DNA of 64,000 bases, from positions 19,916,966 to 19,980,965 of the forward strand of contig JAHRHZ010000004.1 in the NCBI GenBank assembly GCA_024137785.1, read 5' to 3'. Position 1 is the stretch's first letter. Each line of letters starts with the position of its first letter. A program made the translations under genes and the position numbers. Source of the stretch: Ginglymostoma cirratum. Its lineage: Eukaryota. Below the pieces are notes generated by a model that saw only the letters and a program-made list of their open reading frames with translations, ran no database searches and had not been told where the DNA came from. Of this stretch, positions 10,183 to 21,051 are shown piece by piece.

Positions 10183-11840
10183 AGCAAAATCCTGCAGAAG
10201 CTGGAAAACTGAAATTTAAACAGAAAGTGCTGGAGAAACTCAGAAGGTCTGACAGCATCTTCTTCAGAATTATTTAACATGGATGTAAGTAGGAGAGATG
10301 AACAAGAGAGGAAACATAGAGTCAAGAAGGGAAGAAATAAGTTCAGTGGGGCAGAGACAGTCTGAAATTATGAGTTTGGCAGGGCAGGCCTGTTTATGTA
10401 TTTTGGAGGGAGGTAGATTTGGAGAGCAGGGCATGGTGGTGCAGTGGTTAGCTCTGCTACTGTACGGCACTAGGGGCTCAGGTTTGATTCCAGCCTTGGT
10501 GACTGTGTGGAGTTTGCACATTCTCCCTGTGTCTGCATGGATTTCTGCTGGTGCTCCTGTTTTCTCCCACAGTCCAAAGATGCACAGGCTAGATGAATTA
10601 GCCATGGTAATGTGGGGTTATGGGGAATGGGGTGGGGGGAGGCTCTGGTTCCAGACTCGATGGACTGAATGGCCTCTATCTGCACTATAGGGACTCTATG
10701 ATTCTAGAAATGGGCTGAGCAGGGTTGGAGGACTATGAGTTGGGAAGCTCTGGAGGGGAGATCTCTAGAGAAGATAAGGTTAATAACAGTTCTGGAAACA
10801 ACAGTTTAATGTACAATAGTGGGTCATGAGCCAGAAGGAGATAGCAGGAAGTGTTTGACAGTTGGCATTCAGCCTCTGCCAGATAGAAATTGACATGCTA
10901 GATGATATCAGCACCACCAGGCTTGACAACAAAGTCAGAGTTGGACCTGAGAGAACAGAGTGCAGCAGGTTCAGAAGGTGACAAGTTCAAGGGGGTGAAG
11001 GAGCAAAGAAATGAAGTCAGCCAATGGTACACTAGCAGATCTTGATGAAGAGATCAAGTATAAGCAAAAGGTTAGAGAGAGGGGTCCCATTTGAAGGGAA
11101 GTATTGGAGAAGGGTGAAAGGGTCTGCTTGGCAGACAAATGACTCTTGTCCAAATAAATGTGCATGGGGTTAATGGCAATGAAAGAAGACTTCATGCTGT
11201 GGCAGAAATTTATTGAGCTAGGGATATAAAACAATAAAACTGAGTTGTTTGCTGAGCACAGATAGTTCAGCATTACAAATGGGAAGATCATAGGGTATAG
11301 TGAATACAAGACAAGAAGGGAGATTGGAAGATAGGATGAACTTCGAGAAAATAGGAGGGGAGGAAGGATCAGAGGGGTGTCAGTGGCTATGAGTTTGTGG
11401 AACTTGTGGTCCTTAACAGTTGAAAGAGTGAGATAAGAAATGCAATGTAGCTGGGAACTGGAACAACTTTAGTGTGAGGTGCTGATAGAAAGGTTGAGGC
11501 TATACATGTGGAGGCACATAGTGGAGACACATCCATGAGTGTGGATCTCATGATGTGCAGGAGCAGCTATCTTAGGATTGTTTTTTTTTTATTGAGCATG
11601 GCATATCTCAGGGATACCTGTAATCATGGGTGTATTTGAAACATGAAGGATAGAACTTTAGTTGGAGTCTGTGCAGGGTAGGGCAGAGCTGGAGACAGTC
11701 ATTGAAGAAGAACGTGTGGATGTGAAAGCTTCAGCAGTTCTGAAGCATCATATTAGACTCAAAATGTTGACGCTATTTCCCTCTCCACAGACACTGCCAG
11801 GCCCGCTGAGTTTCTCCAACACTTTGTGTGCTGATTTTGA
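10183..11840 (-). mobile_element. Degenerate Penelope-like element (N-terminal RT region) between oppositely oriented terminal repeats
   Basis: Minus-strand remnants NLSPSEPAALCSLRSNSDFVVKP...YLAEAECQLSNTSCY and PSKIHKQACPAKLIISDCLCPTELISSLLDS resemble PLE RT motifs (ADKG region, LPKIHK..P.RPI). Terminal repeats lie at 10183-10270 (-) and 11739-11840 (+). Confidence 0.8.
10425..10706 (+). mobile_element. HE1-type V-SINE inserted in the PLE remnant
   Basis: Same head, V-domain and tail as 8006-8313; interrupts the PLE RT sequence. Confidence 0.85.
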
Positions 11841-12131
11841 GTTAGTAAGTGACAAGAAATATTTGAGCCACACAATTGGCAGGCATTATGCATCTTCAAT
11901 GAGAATCTAGTCATCTTTCCCCTGCTGTTCAATTGCATTACCATCACTGAATCTAGAGATTGGGAATTCTGTAGTAACTCAGCCAATGATTTCTCAAAAC
12001 CTGTCCACTGTCTGCAAGACACAAGTCAGAAAAGTGATGGAATACTTTCACCAAATCGCTCTACAGCTTCAGTGTTGTCTGACTCATTATCTGATATCCA
12101 ATAGTAGATGAGCTGCCATTTTCTCAAACCT

Positions 12132-12482
12132 GGCATGAATAGGGTAAATAGGCAAGGTCTTTTCCCTGGAGTGGGGAAGTCCAAAAGTAGAGGGCTTAGG
12201 TTTAAGGTGAGAGGGGAAAGATATAAAAGGGACCTATGGGGCAACATTTTCATGCAGAGGATGGTGCATATGTGGGATGAGCTGCCAGAGGAAGTGGTGG
12301 AGGTGGGTATGATTGCAACATTTAAAAGGCATCTGGATGGGTATATCAATAGGAAGGTTTAAGAGGGATATGGGCCAGATGTTGGCAAATGGGACTAGAT
12401 TTGTCCATGCTGACCAGATATCCTATATAAGTTGGACGGAAGAGTCTGTTTCCATGCTATATATCTCTATGATTCCATGAAC
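12132..12482 (+). mobile_element. CR1-type (HER1-like) LINE 3' end
   Basis: RVNRQGLFPGVGKSKSRGLRFKVRGERYKRDLWGNIFMQRMVHMWDELPEEVVE...FKRHLDGY and tail ctctatgattccatga. Confidence 0.88.
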
Positions 12483-13296
12483 ATTATAAAGTCAGTGGCC
12501 ATTAACTTCAGCTCCCACAGCAAACAACTTCTTTGGTACCAATTTTATCCCCTGTCTTGCCATTATCTTGGTCTTAAGCAGACTATTAACAATTTTGGCA
12601 TCCAATTTGGCCCTCAACTGAGTTCCTAACTTTATACCTGATCAACAAAAGTGCTGGTTAATTCCACCATGGTAACATTGCCCTTCTCAAGGCATTGATG
12701 GACTGAGAGCTGATTAGGTTGACAAGGAAAGGAATGAAGAGCAAACAAAACTTGGTGCAAGTTAAGATACAGGCTGCAAAGCTTTGTATAAGCTCAAGCT
12801 TACAGAGGTCAGGGAGCAGCTTAGGGGAGCAATGAAATAGTTTAGTCCACAGCCGTAGTTCAGAAGGTACAGGTTGTGGCACCATTGTAGTCACTAAACT
12901 CTGTGGAGTTGTCATCAATTTTTCCAATTGCACCCAGTGCAATAATATCAATTAATATACCTGTTGATGTTTTGTAGGGTATGAATAAAGACACCACCTA
13001 CTTGAAATTGTGAAAATAGCCAGTTACTGATAGGCTGTACATGAATGGTCATCCTCTTGTTTTTGTTTTGTTTAATTACATTTGAAGATGCTCAGAGTAT
13101 CGTACAGATTAGTTGTCAAAGAATGCTGAGAAACTGTTCCTCCCATGATAGCCATTGTGAACAAGTGTAATCAGGAGATTTGTCAATCGAACATTGCCCC
13201 TGAAATAGTTTGGTCTTCTAACACCTTATCAACTTATTATTTTTTATATGCAAGACTGGCAGAGAACATTATCATATTATTTAGCTGACTAGACAT

Positions 13297-13960
13297 TTTA
13301 TTAATTCACGGGATGAGGGCTTTGCTGCTTGGGCTTGCCATCCCTAATTGCCCTTGAGAAGGTGGTTGTGAACTGCCTTCTTGAATTGCTGGGTTGGAGG
13401 CATACTCACAGTGTTGTCTGGGAGGGAGTTCCAGGTTATTGACTCAGTGCCAGTGAAGGAACGGCAATATATATCCAAGTCAGGATTGTGTGTGGCTTAG
13501 AGGTCATCTTGTAGTTGTTGGTAAATCCAGGGGTATTTGCTACCCCTGTCCCTCTGGAAGGAAGTGGTTGTGGATTTGGAAGGTGCTGTCTAATACACCT
13601 TGGTGAGTTACTGCAGTGCATCTTTGTGGATGGTACACACTACTGCCACTGTGTATCAGTGATGAAGATAGTGAATATTGAAGGTGGTAGATTGATGCCA
13701 ATTAAGTGGGCTGCTTTACCTGAAAGATGTCAAGCTTCTTGGGTGTTGTTGGAGCTGCATTCATCCAGGTAAGAGGACGTATTCTGTCATATGCCTGACT
13801 TGTACTTTGTAGATGGTAGACAGTCTTTGGGAAGAAGGAGCTGGGTTACTCACCACAGAATTCTAGCCTCTGACTAGCTCTTGTAGACACAGTATTTAAA
13901 TAGCTGGTCCAGTTCAGTTTGTGAGTAATGGTTACCTCTAGGATATTGATGTTATGGTGG
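13297..13960 (-). mobile_element. CR1/L2-group LINE 3' fragment
   Basis: Reverse complement of the tail and body at 19900-20660 (ccatccctaattgcccttgagaaggtggt...ccttcttgaa). Confidence 0.8.
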
Positions 13961-14320
13961 AGTCTAACACCACATTTCACCATCCTTAGTGCATTCATTC
14001 TATGCTGATGTCCTAATTGGTTACCTGTTTCTTTGATAACCAAGTTACACTGTAACACTCCTAGCACTGCACTGTTTGAGATTGGTTAAATCCAATTTTA
14101 TATTATCTCAGGAGACACTGCAGGCTGGATTTTAATCTAGACAGAAATGCAGATAAACCGGCAGCCATGTCCATCTGGGAGGTACAGCAGACAGGCTTGA
14201 CTGTAACAGCCATGGCTCATCAGCATGTTGTTGATCAATATGGCCAAGTTAGCTCATAAACGCAGGTAACCTGCTGCCAAAAGCAGAGGAGAACGTCACC
14301 CCATACATGTATGCGTGCGC

Positions 14321-14321
<1 letters not shown>

Positions 14322-14360
<39 letters not shown>
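14322..14360. repeat. (AC)n microsatellite
   Basis: Pure AC run. Confidence 0.95.
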
Positions 14361-14361
<1 letters not shown>

Positions 14362-14713
14362 TCCTGGGAATTTCTGAGATGGAAAAGATGTAAGATTTTC
14401 TTATAGGTCCTGGATGAATGCAACTTACTCTGGCCTTGGTTCCATTTTCTGAAATTTGTTTTGCTCAGCTTGATAAATTTTTATCAAAGAAGTTTCTCGC
14501 TTTTTGTTACGTAGAAAATGGAATTTGTGACAACTGAAGCTTGTAATTAAACAGCCTCCACAAATCTACAGAGAACACTCTACAAACATTTTGCTTTGTT
14601 AACCACTGATCCCTTATTCAGAGCAGAGGTGAAAATGACACACAATGTCAGTGAATCTGTATACTCAAAATTGCACTCAGCCAGATCGGGGAAAGGAGTT
14701 GGCAATTCCCAAG

Positions 14714-14840
14714 AGAGATAGTAAGAACTGCTGGTGCTGGAGTCAGAAATAACACAGTGTGGAGCTGGTGGAACACAGCAGGCTGGGCAGCATCAGAGGA
14801 GCAGGAAAGTTGACATTTCGGGTTGGAACCCTTCTTTAGA
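14714..14840 (-). mobile_element. Short hammerhead-headed PLE-derived insertion (family A-like) with 10-bp TSD
   Basis: Minus strand begins tCTAAAGAAGGGTTCCAACCCGAAATGTC; flanked by aattcccaag (14704-13) and aattctcaag (14841-50). Confidence 0.8.
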
Positions 14841-16221
14841 AATTCTCAAGTTCCATTTAACTGCAAGGGAGAGAAATCTGACCAGTATAATCTCCAAGTT
14901 TAATTCTATAGAATTACACAAGGGCACCATATATAATCAATTAGATTAACTGCAGAATTGATACAAAAAAAAACATGATGTTATAAAACCAGATTAGAAT
15001 ATTTACCCTCTTGCCTTGTTACATCTCCCCATTTCTTTCTTCCTTCTTCAACTTTTGTCTTGGTTTATCTTTTGTTTGGAAGAGTTTGGTTCATGCCAGA
15101 TGCAGTTCCATGAGTATTGGTCACCTTCTTGTATCTCATCAGGGTAGGAATTCCTTCTAGGAACTGAGCAGTGTATGTCAGCAGGCTATCTGATCATGGG
15201 AGCATCACAACGAAGGACAATTCTACCTTTATCTGCCATTCCTACATGCACTTTCCAGCAGGAGGCATTGAGTAGTGGTCAGAAGTGGAAACCCTAATCA
15301 ACCTTCTCTCCTTTTCCTGGTTCAGATGCCGTGGGTACCCCACATCAGCACAAACTGTGATCAGCTAAGCCACCACAGAATCAGGACGAAAGCCAGAATA
15401 TTTCAAATCTGTCTGCCTGCACCATATATAAACTTGGCCCAGCAAACCAAAAGCTCAGTGTCTCATTGTGTTCCGAACACAAATCACATTTTCAGTGCTC
15501 TTTACATATCAAAAATACACATTAATTACGCATAATATTATCTTGACAAGATTTGCATTTCCTTCTGAAATGATGAGTGGGTGTAGTGTTTTAAATTGTC
15601 TCTTTGCTTTTCTGTCCACTTCTGCCTTTTTTGATCTACTTATATTTCCGTCTGTGCATGTGTGGGTGTGTCTGCCAGTCTCTTTACCTCTCCATTTGTA
15701 TGCGTCTCTTTCTTTCTCTGTGTTTTGTGCCACTTTGCCTCCTTTTGTCTGTGTGTGTTTGTGTCTTCCTGTGTTGTCTCTTTTCTCTCCTACATTTGCA
15801 ATGCATTTAATGACCCACAAATTAAATGAAAGGAGGATGTTGAAAAAAAGTTTGAGATTTATAAACTGTAATTTTATATACAAACAGTTATAAGTTTGAA
15901 ATGGCTACACACAGGGATTTCTGCGGTACAAAAAACAGACTTGTTAAGTACAGACATTGTGAATCCAACACAGATCACCAAATTCTAATTATACTTTGCT
16001 GGATCTTGGTGAGCTATATATTAGTATTTGATTGAGATTCCTGCTTAATTTCTATAACAAATGGCATACTTTAAAGACTTTCCCCTTAAATAAGTCTGCG
16101 TGGATTTTTTTTTAGAAAATGTTATATTTTGATTTTTCTCTCTAAAGCTCAACAAATAAAACAAACAAAATTTTATACCACAAACTTCATTCTTTTTCTT
16201 CTTGTGCCAAAGTCTATTTCT

Positions 16222-16452
16222 CTACTCTTCCTCAGTGCCACTTCTGAGAGCAACTTGCTCATCATGGTGAACAATCTGAGGAGATCCAACAGTATCCATG
16301 GGAGAGGCTTCTTCCTCATTTAGAATTGCATTAAAAATTTGGGAATCTTGGTGGTGTTCCTTTCCACATGCCTGGCAGCTGCAGTGTACAATCTTTTCCA
16401 CTAATTTGTCCACTCTGGGCATTTCCTCATTGCCAGGACATTCCAACATGAC
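16222..16452 (-). CDS. nbl1: NBL1 last coding exon
   Basis: Acceptor tttgtgttgcag|GTC. Encodes [35 protein letters not shown]...GTEEE*. Joined CDS is 531 nt (176 aa). Confidence 0.95.
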   Translation of the reverse strand, partial: VMLECPGNEEMPRVDKLVEKIVHCSCQACGKEHHQDSQIFNAILNEEEASPMDTVGSPQIVHHDEQVALRSGTEEE

Positions 16453-16789
16453 CTGCAACACAAACCATGAATATGTTTGATTCAACATTTCAGTGTTTCA
16501 GGATTTTCTTCATCGATTGCTATTTAGGAACCATGTTGAACAGCAGGAGAGGAGAAAGGGCAAATAAAGGAAATGATTCAGCATGCAATGACTCAGTATT
16601 CTCAACCTTGGTTTTTATAAGGCTATATATTGCGGGAGGTTGGGAAACCTGCAGGAGAGTGGGAAGATTTCCGCAGTTTTAAGTCTTGGGAAAGACTGAT
16701 TTCCGGTAGGGAACAGTGTGATGATTCTTTATTTCAGAATAATGAAACTGTAGGTAGGAGAATGGGAGTCTAGTATGATTAAAACATAT

Positions 16790-17372
16790 TTGTTCATGGT
16801 ATGTGGGTGTCACATCTCTATTAGTGCTTGAGAAGGTGGTACGTTCTTGAGGTGCCTTCTTGAACAACTCTAGTTCATGTGCTGCACATACACCTGTAGT
16901 GTTATTAGGAAAGGACTTCCAGGATTTTGACTCAGCAAAACTATTAATGGTTGGCAATATGGTTCAAAGTCAGGATAGTGTGTAGTTTGGAGACAAACAT
17001 GCAAATGGTACTGCTCTGTTTATCTGTTACTTTTCTGTTTCTAGCTGGTAGGGGTCGTGGGTTTGGAACATGCTGTCAAAGGAACTTTAATGTGATACTG
17101 CAGTGCAGCCTGTAGATGGTACACAGTGCACTCATTGGGGTGGTGGACAGCGCAAAAGTTTAAAAGTAGGGGATGGGATGACAATCAAGTTGCTGAGTTA
17201 AAATCTTGTAATTCCCTCCTGAACGGTATTGTAGACCAATTTATATCAGGTGGACTGCAGCAGTTCCAGAAGGCAGCTTACCACTACCACCTTCTCTAGG
17301 ACAAATAGAAACAGGCAATAAATGCTGACTCAGCCAGTGATGCTCACATCCCATGAATAAATAAAGAAAATC
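16790..17372. mobile_element. Two oppositely oriented 3' fragments of the same LINE family
   Basis: Minus copy 16790-17190; plus copy 17190-17372 ending gcaataaatgctgactcagccagtgatgctcacatcccatgaataaat. Confidence 0.75.
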
Positions 17373-17764
17373 AAGAGGACTGCTTTGTCCTCAGAGGTGA
17401 CGGGCATCTTGAGTGTTGTTCGAAACCGCACGCGAGTGGAGAGTATTTTATTAAGCTCCTGATTTGTTTTTTGTAGATGGTAGGCAAATTTTTGCGTGTC
17501 AGGAGTTACCAGAGAATTCCCAGCCAGCATATTTAAATGGCTGATCCAATACTGTCCTGAGTCAGTGGCCTGGGATTGGGTATTTGGAAGAACAACAGGG
17601 AATAATATAAGATGGGCAAGGACCAAAGTGATAAACAAAATAGGGAGACGTAGGAAAGCATTCAATGCAGAAAATCTAACTAAAATGAGTTTGTGATCAA
17701 GAGGAGAGATGAAAAGGAAGAATGGATTGCATGTAATCAGACAGGGAGCCAAACAATTACTTAC

Positions 17765-17876
17765 AATTTCCCACATAGACTGTGCCGGCATGCAGGAGTC
17801 ACAGTGAACGAGGGATTCAGTCGACTGCGGAAAAGTGTTGGGTACACTGTAGCTGAAACATTGGCCAAGGCATGCT
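17765..17876 (-). CDS. nbl1: NBL1 second coding exon
   Basis: Acceptor ttcgctcccccag|A and donor ATT|GTAAGT. The 112 nt encode (R)[37 protein letters not shown], identical to the human peptide as recalled. Confidence 0.96.
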
Positions 17877-18894
17877 CTGGGGGAGCGAATGAAACAGGGT
17901 AGATTATAACATCACTCAAATTGTTCATATAAAGCAGATGTTTACTTTCTTGTCTGAAATAAAACTAGAGCAATGCTATCATCTGATGCTCATAGATTAT
18001 CATTCAATTAAATGTGGAAATTAAGGTGACATAAAGTTGCTCATATTTTATTTGTTTCAGTCCACTAGAACCCAATCACACAAGATTGGCAAGCTAATCA
18101 ACAATGTTATTTATAATATTTACTGAGTGAATCAGCCACTAACAGATGCTCAGACAAAGTATACGGACCACCGAATACCAGAATCTCACAAAAAAATAAG
18201 TGTCACAAGCCTTGAAATGAGACCTGAGGCCCCTAAATTCGGCATAAAATTCTAATTACAGTTCTTACTTATTATAGTTCTGGGAAGACGTCAGTTCACT
18301 GTTGTATCACTGGGTATTGAAGTATTCATTCATGCATTGAATAAGCCAAAAGAACAGAAAAGCAGCCAGTTCTCACTATGTGCCTAGCCTGATGAAGGAC
18401 AGATGTACCACATCTATCAACAGAGAAGCCATCGAAGATCCAGCTGCTGATTTAAACTTCCAAACACCCCAGGAATCAACGACACAGTGTTTGAATGCTT
18501 TCCAGCCATTCACCCCTTGCTGCCATCTGGCTAGGTAGTATCAAGTCACAGCAGGAACAGACAAGATCTTTTCATGGCAGATTGTGTTATTTTGTAGCAA
18601 ACTGACCTGAGCAGTAGTTTTAAGAACAATGTCAAACTCAACAGTATCTTTCATCTATTTTCAAATCGCCATTTATTAGAAGTGGAGATTAATCGCTGGA
18701 TAATATACTGCCTTTAATCCTGAAGACAAACCAGTTCACACAATTTAATTCTCTACGTCACTTTTAAAAGACATATTTAAACAACAGTTTGTAGGAACAA
18801 CAGAAAGCTAATAAGGCCAACAAGCTTATCCCTTCTGTACTACCCATCTTCCATTTATATCCCTCTACCTCTGCTCTGCCGAAGACTCCTTTTT

Positions 18895-19110
18895 GGTGGT
18901 ATGGTGGTTAGCACTGCTGCCTCACAGCGCCAGGGACCCGGTTTGATTCCAACCTCGGGTGACTGTCTGTGTGCAGTTTGCACATTCTCCCCGTGTCTGC
19001 CTGGATTTTCTCCCATCTCCAATGATGTGCTGGTTAGGTGGATTTGTCATGCTAAAGAAAAAATGCTCCGTAGTGTGCAGGGATGTGCAGGTTAGGTGGG
19101 TTAGCCATGG
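18895..19110 (+). mobile_element. HE1-type V-SINE, 3'-truncated
   Basis: gtggttagcactgctgcctcacagcgccagggacccggtttgattcc followed by the V-domain. Confidence 0.85.
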
Positions 19111-19144
19111 TTAAGCCACGTCAGCCTGACCTTGCCATATTCAC

Positions 19145-20660
19145 AAAATCATACCATGACCAGTCTTCAAAAAGCAGAACAAATCCAACCCAGACAATTA
19201 CAGCTCCATTAATCTAATCTTGATCATCATCATTGTAATAGAAGGTGTCACAGACAGTTATCAAGTGGCACTTATTGATTATTCCTTTATTGACATTTAG
19301 TTTGAGTTTGACCAGGGCCACTCAGCTCCTGACCTCATTACAGTCAAACATGGATTAAAAAACTGAACTCCAGAGGCGAGATGACAGCGACTACCACTGT
19401 CATCAGGGCAGCATTTATTTGACTGAGTGTAACGTTAAGGAACCCTAACACAGCACAAGCCAAAACAAATCGGGGGAAGTCCCCCCACTGGGTGGAGTTA
19501 TAGCTAGCACAAAGGAAGAAAACCTGTGGATTCTGAAGTCAACCATTTCAGTCCCAGGACATCTCTGCAGAAGTGCCTCAGGATAGTGTCCTAGGCCCAA
19601 CCATCTTCAGCTGTTTCATCAATGACCTTTTTTCCATCATAAAGTGAGAAGTGGGAATATTTACAGATGATTGCACAATGTTTAGCACCATTCCTGACTC
19701 CTTGGGTACTGAAGCAGTCTATACCCATATGCAGGTAGATGAGGACAACATTCGGATTTGGTTGACGAGTGGATGGTAAGACTTGTACTGCATAAGTGCC
19801 AAGCACTGACCATCTCCAAATAATGAAAATCTAACCATCTCTATTTGATATTCAACGGCACTGCTATCACCGAATCCTCCAGAATCAACATCCTGAGGGT
19901 TACCATTGAACAGACACTTAATTGGACCATATGAATAAATACAGTTGCTACAAGAGCACGTCAGAGGCTGGGAATCCTGTAATGTGTAACTAAGTTCTCG
20001 ATTTCAGAAGCCTGTCCCCCATCTAAAATGCATAAGTCAAGATTACGAGTAAGAACTCTACACTGGGTTGGACTAGTACAGCTCCAATAATACTTAGGAA
20101 GCTCAACAAAACAGTCTGCTGGACTGACATCCCACTTACTGTCTTAAATATTCACTCCCTCCACCAATGGCATGCAGTGGCACCACAGTGTACCATTTCC
20201 AAAATGCACTGCAGCAACACCTCAAGGTTTCTTTGATAACACATTCCAAACCCATGACCTATACCATCTAGAAGCACAACGACAGCAGATGCATTGGAAC
20301 ATCACCAGCTGCAAGTTGTCCTCCAAGGCAGATACCATCCTAATTTGGAACTATATCACCTCCACTGGTGTTATGTCAAAATCCTGGAATTTCCTTCCTA
20401 ATAGCATGGTAGATAGACCTACACCACACTGTCTGTGTGCAGTTTGCACATTCTCCCTGTGTCTGCCTGGATTTTCTCCCATCTCCAATGATGTGCTGGT
20501 TAGGTNNNNNNNNNNGTTAGCCATGGTTAAGCCACGTCAGCCTGACCTTGCCATATTCACAACATCATAGTTCAAGAAGACAGCTCACCACCAATTTCTC
20601 AAGCAATTAGGAATTAGCAATAAATTCCAGAATTGCCAGTGATGTGCACAATAAAAAAGG
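19145..20660 (+). mobile_element. Degenerate CR1/L2-group LINE 3' half (RT and tail), nbl1 intron
   Basis: RT motifs gtgcctcaggatagtgtcctaggcccaaccatcttc (GVPQGSVLGP-like) and tttacagatgat (F(A)DD-like); tail gttcaagaagacagctcaccacc...gcaataaat...gccagtgatg. Confidence 0.85.
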
Positions 20661-20863
20661 TTCTAGAACCAGATGGATGAGCAACTGGAGAAAAAGATTG
20701 ATAGAGGGGTAACAAGACATCATGGAATAAAATGTTTTGTAGACATTGAGGATTATCCAGATGACTTCAATTGTGTTTGAAAGTCCTCTGCATTCTGACA
20801 TTTCCACCTCATTTGAAAAAAAACAGTTTGGAAAGGTACATTCACACTTCTTTTTGTACCTAC

Positions 20864-21051
20864 CTGTTTTGGATGGACTTTGACTCACATCCAGTGTGGC
20901 CAACTATCTGAGTGATGTTCTTTGCTTCACACCAGGCACTTTTATCAGGAAACAGTGCCAGTTTATTGATGGGAGGAGGTGCTGCAAAAACTAGAGTTGG
21001 AAGCAGAATGCCCAACATGGACCAACACATCATCATCAATGGCTCCACCAT
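20864..21051 (-). CDS. nbl1: NBL1/DAN BMP antagonist, first coding exon (signal peptide and start of cystine knot)
   Basis: Acceptor ttttctctctag|GACT ATG (exon starts at 21055). Encodes [62 protein letters not shown]; donor AG|GTAGGT, phase 2. The true start could be any of the clustered Mets. Confidence 0.95.

Larger units (their letters stand above)
9725..11955 (+). mobile_element. Same LINE family, split by the PLE insertion (9725-10180 and 11840-11955)
   Basis: ggagttcctcaaggtagtgtc (GVPQGSV) on the left; the sequence after 11840 continues the alignment to the 19145-20660 copy. Confidence 0.75.
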
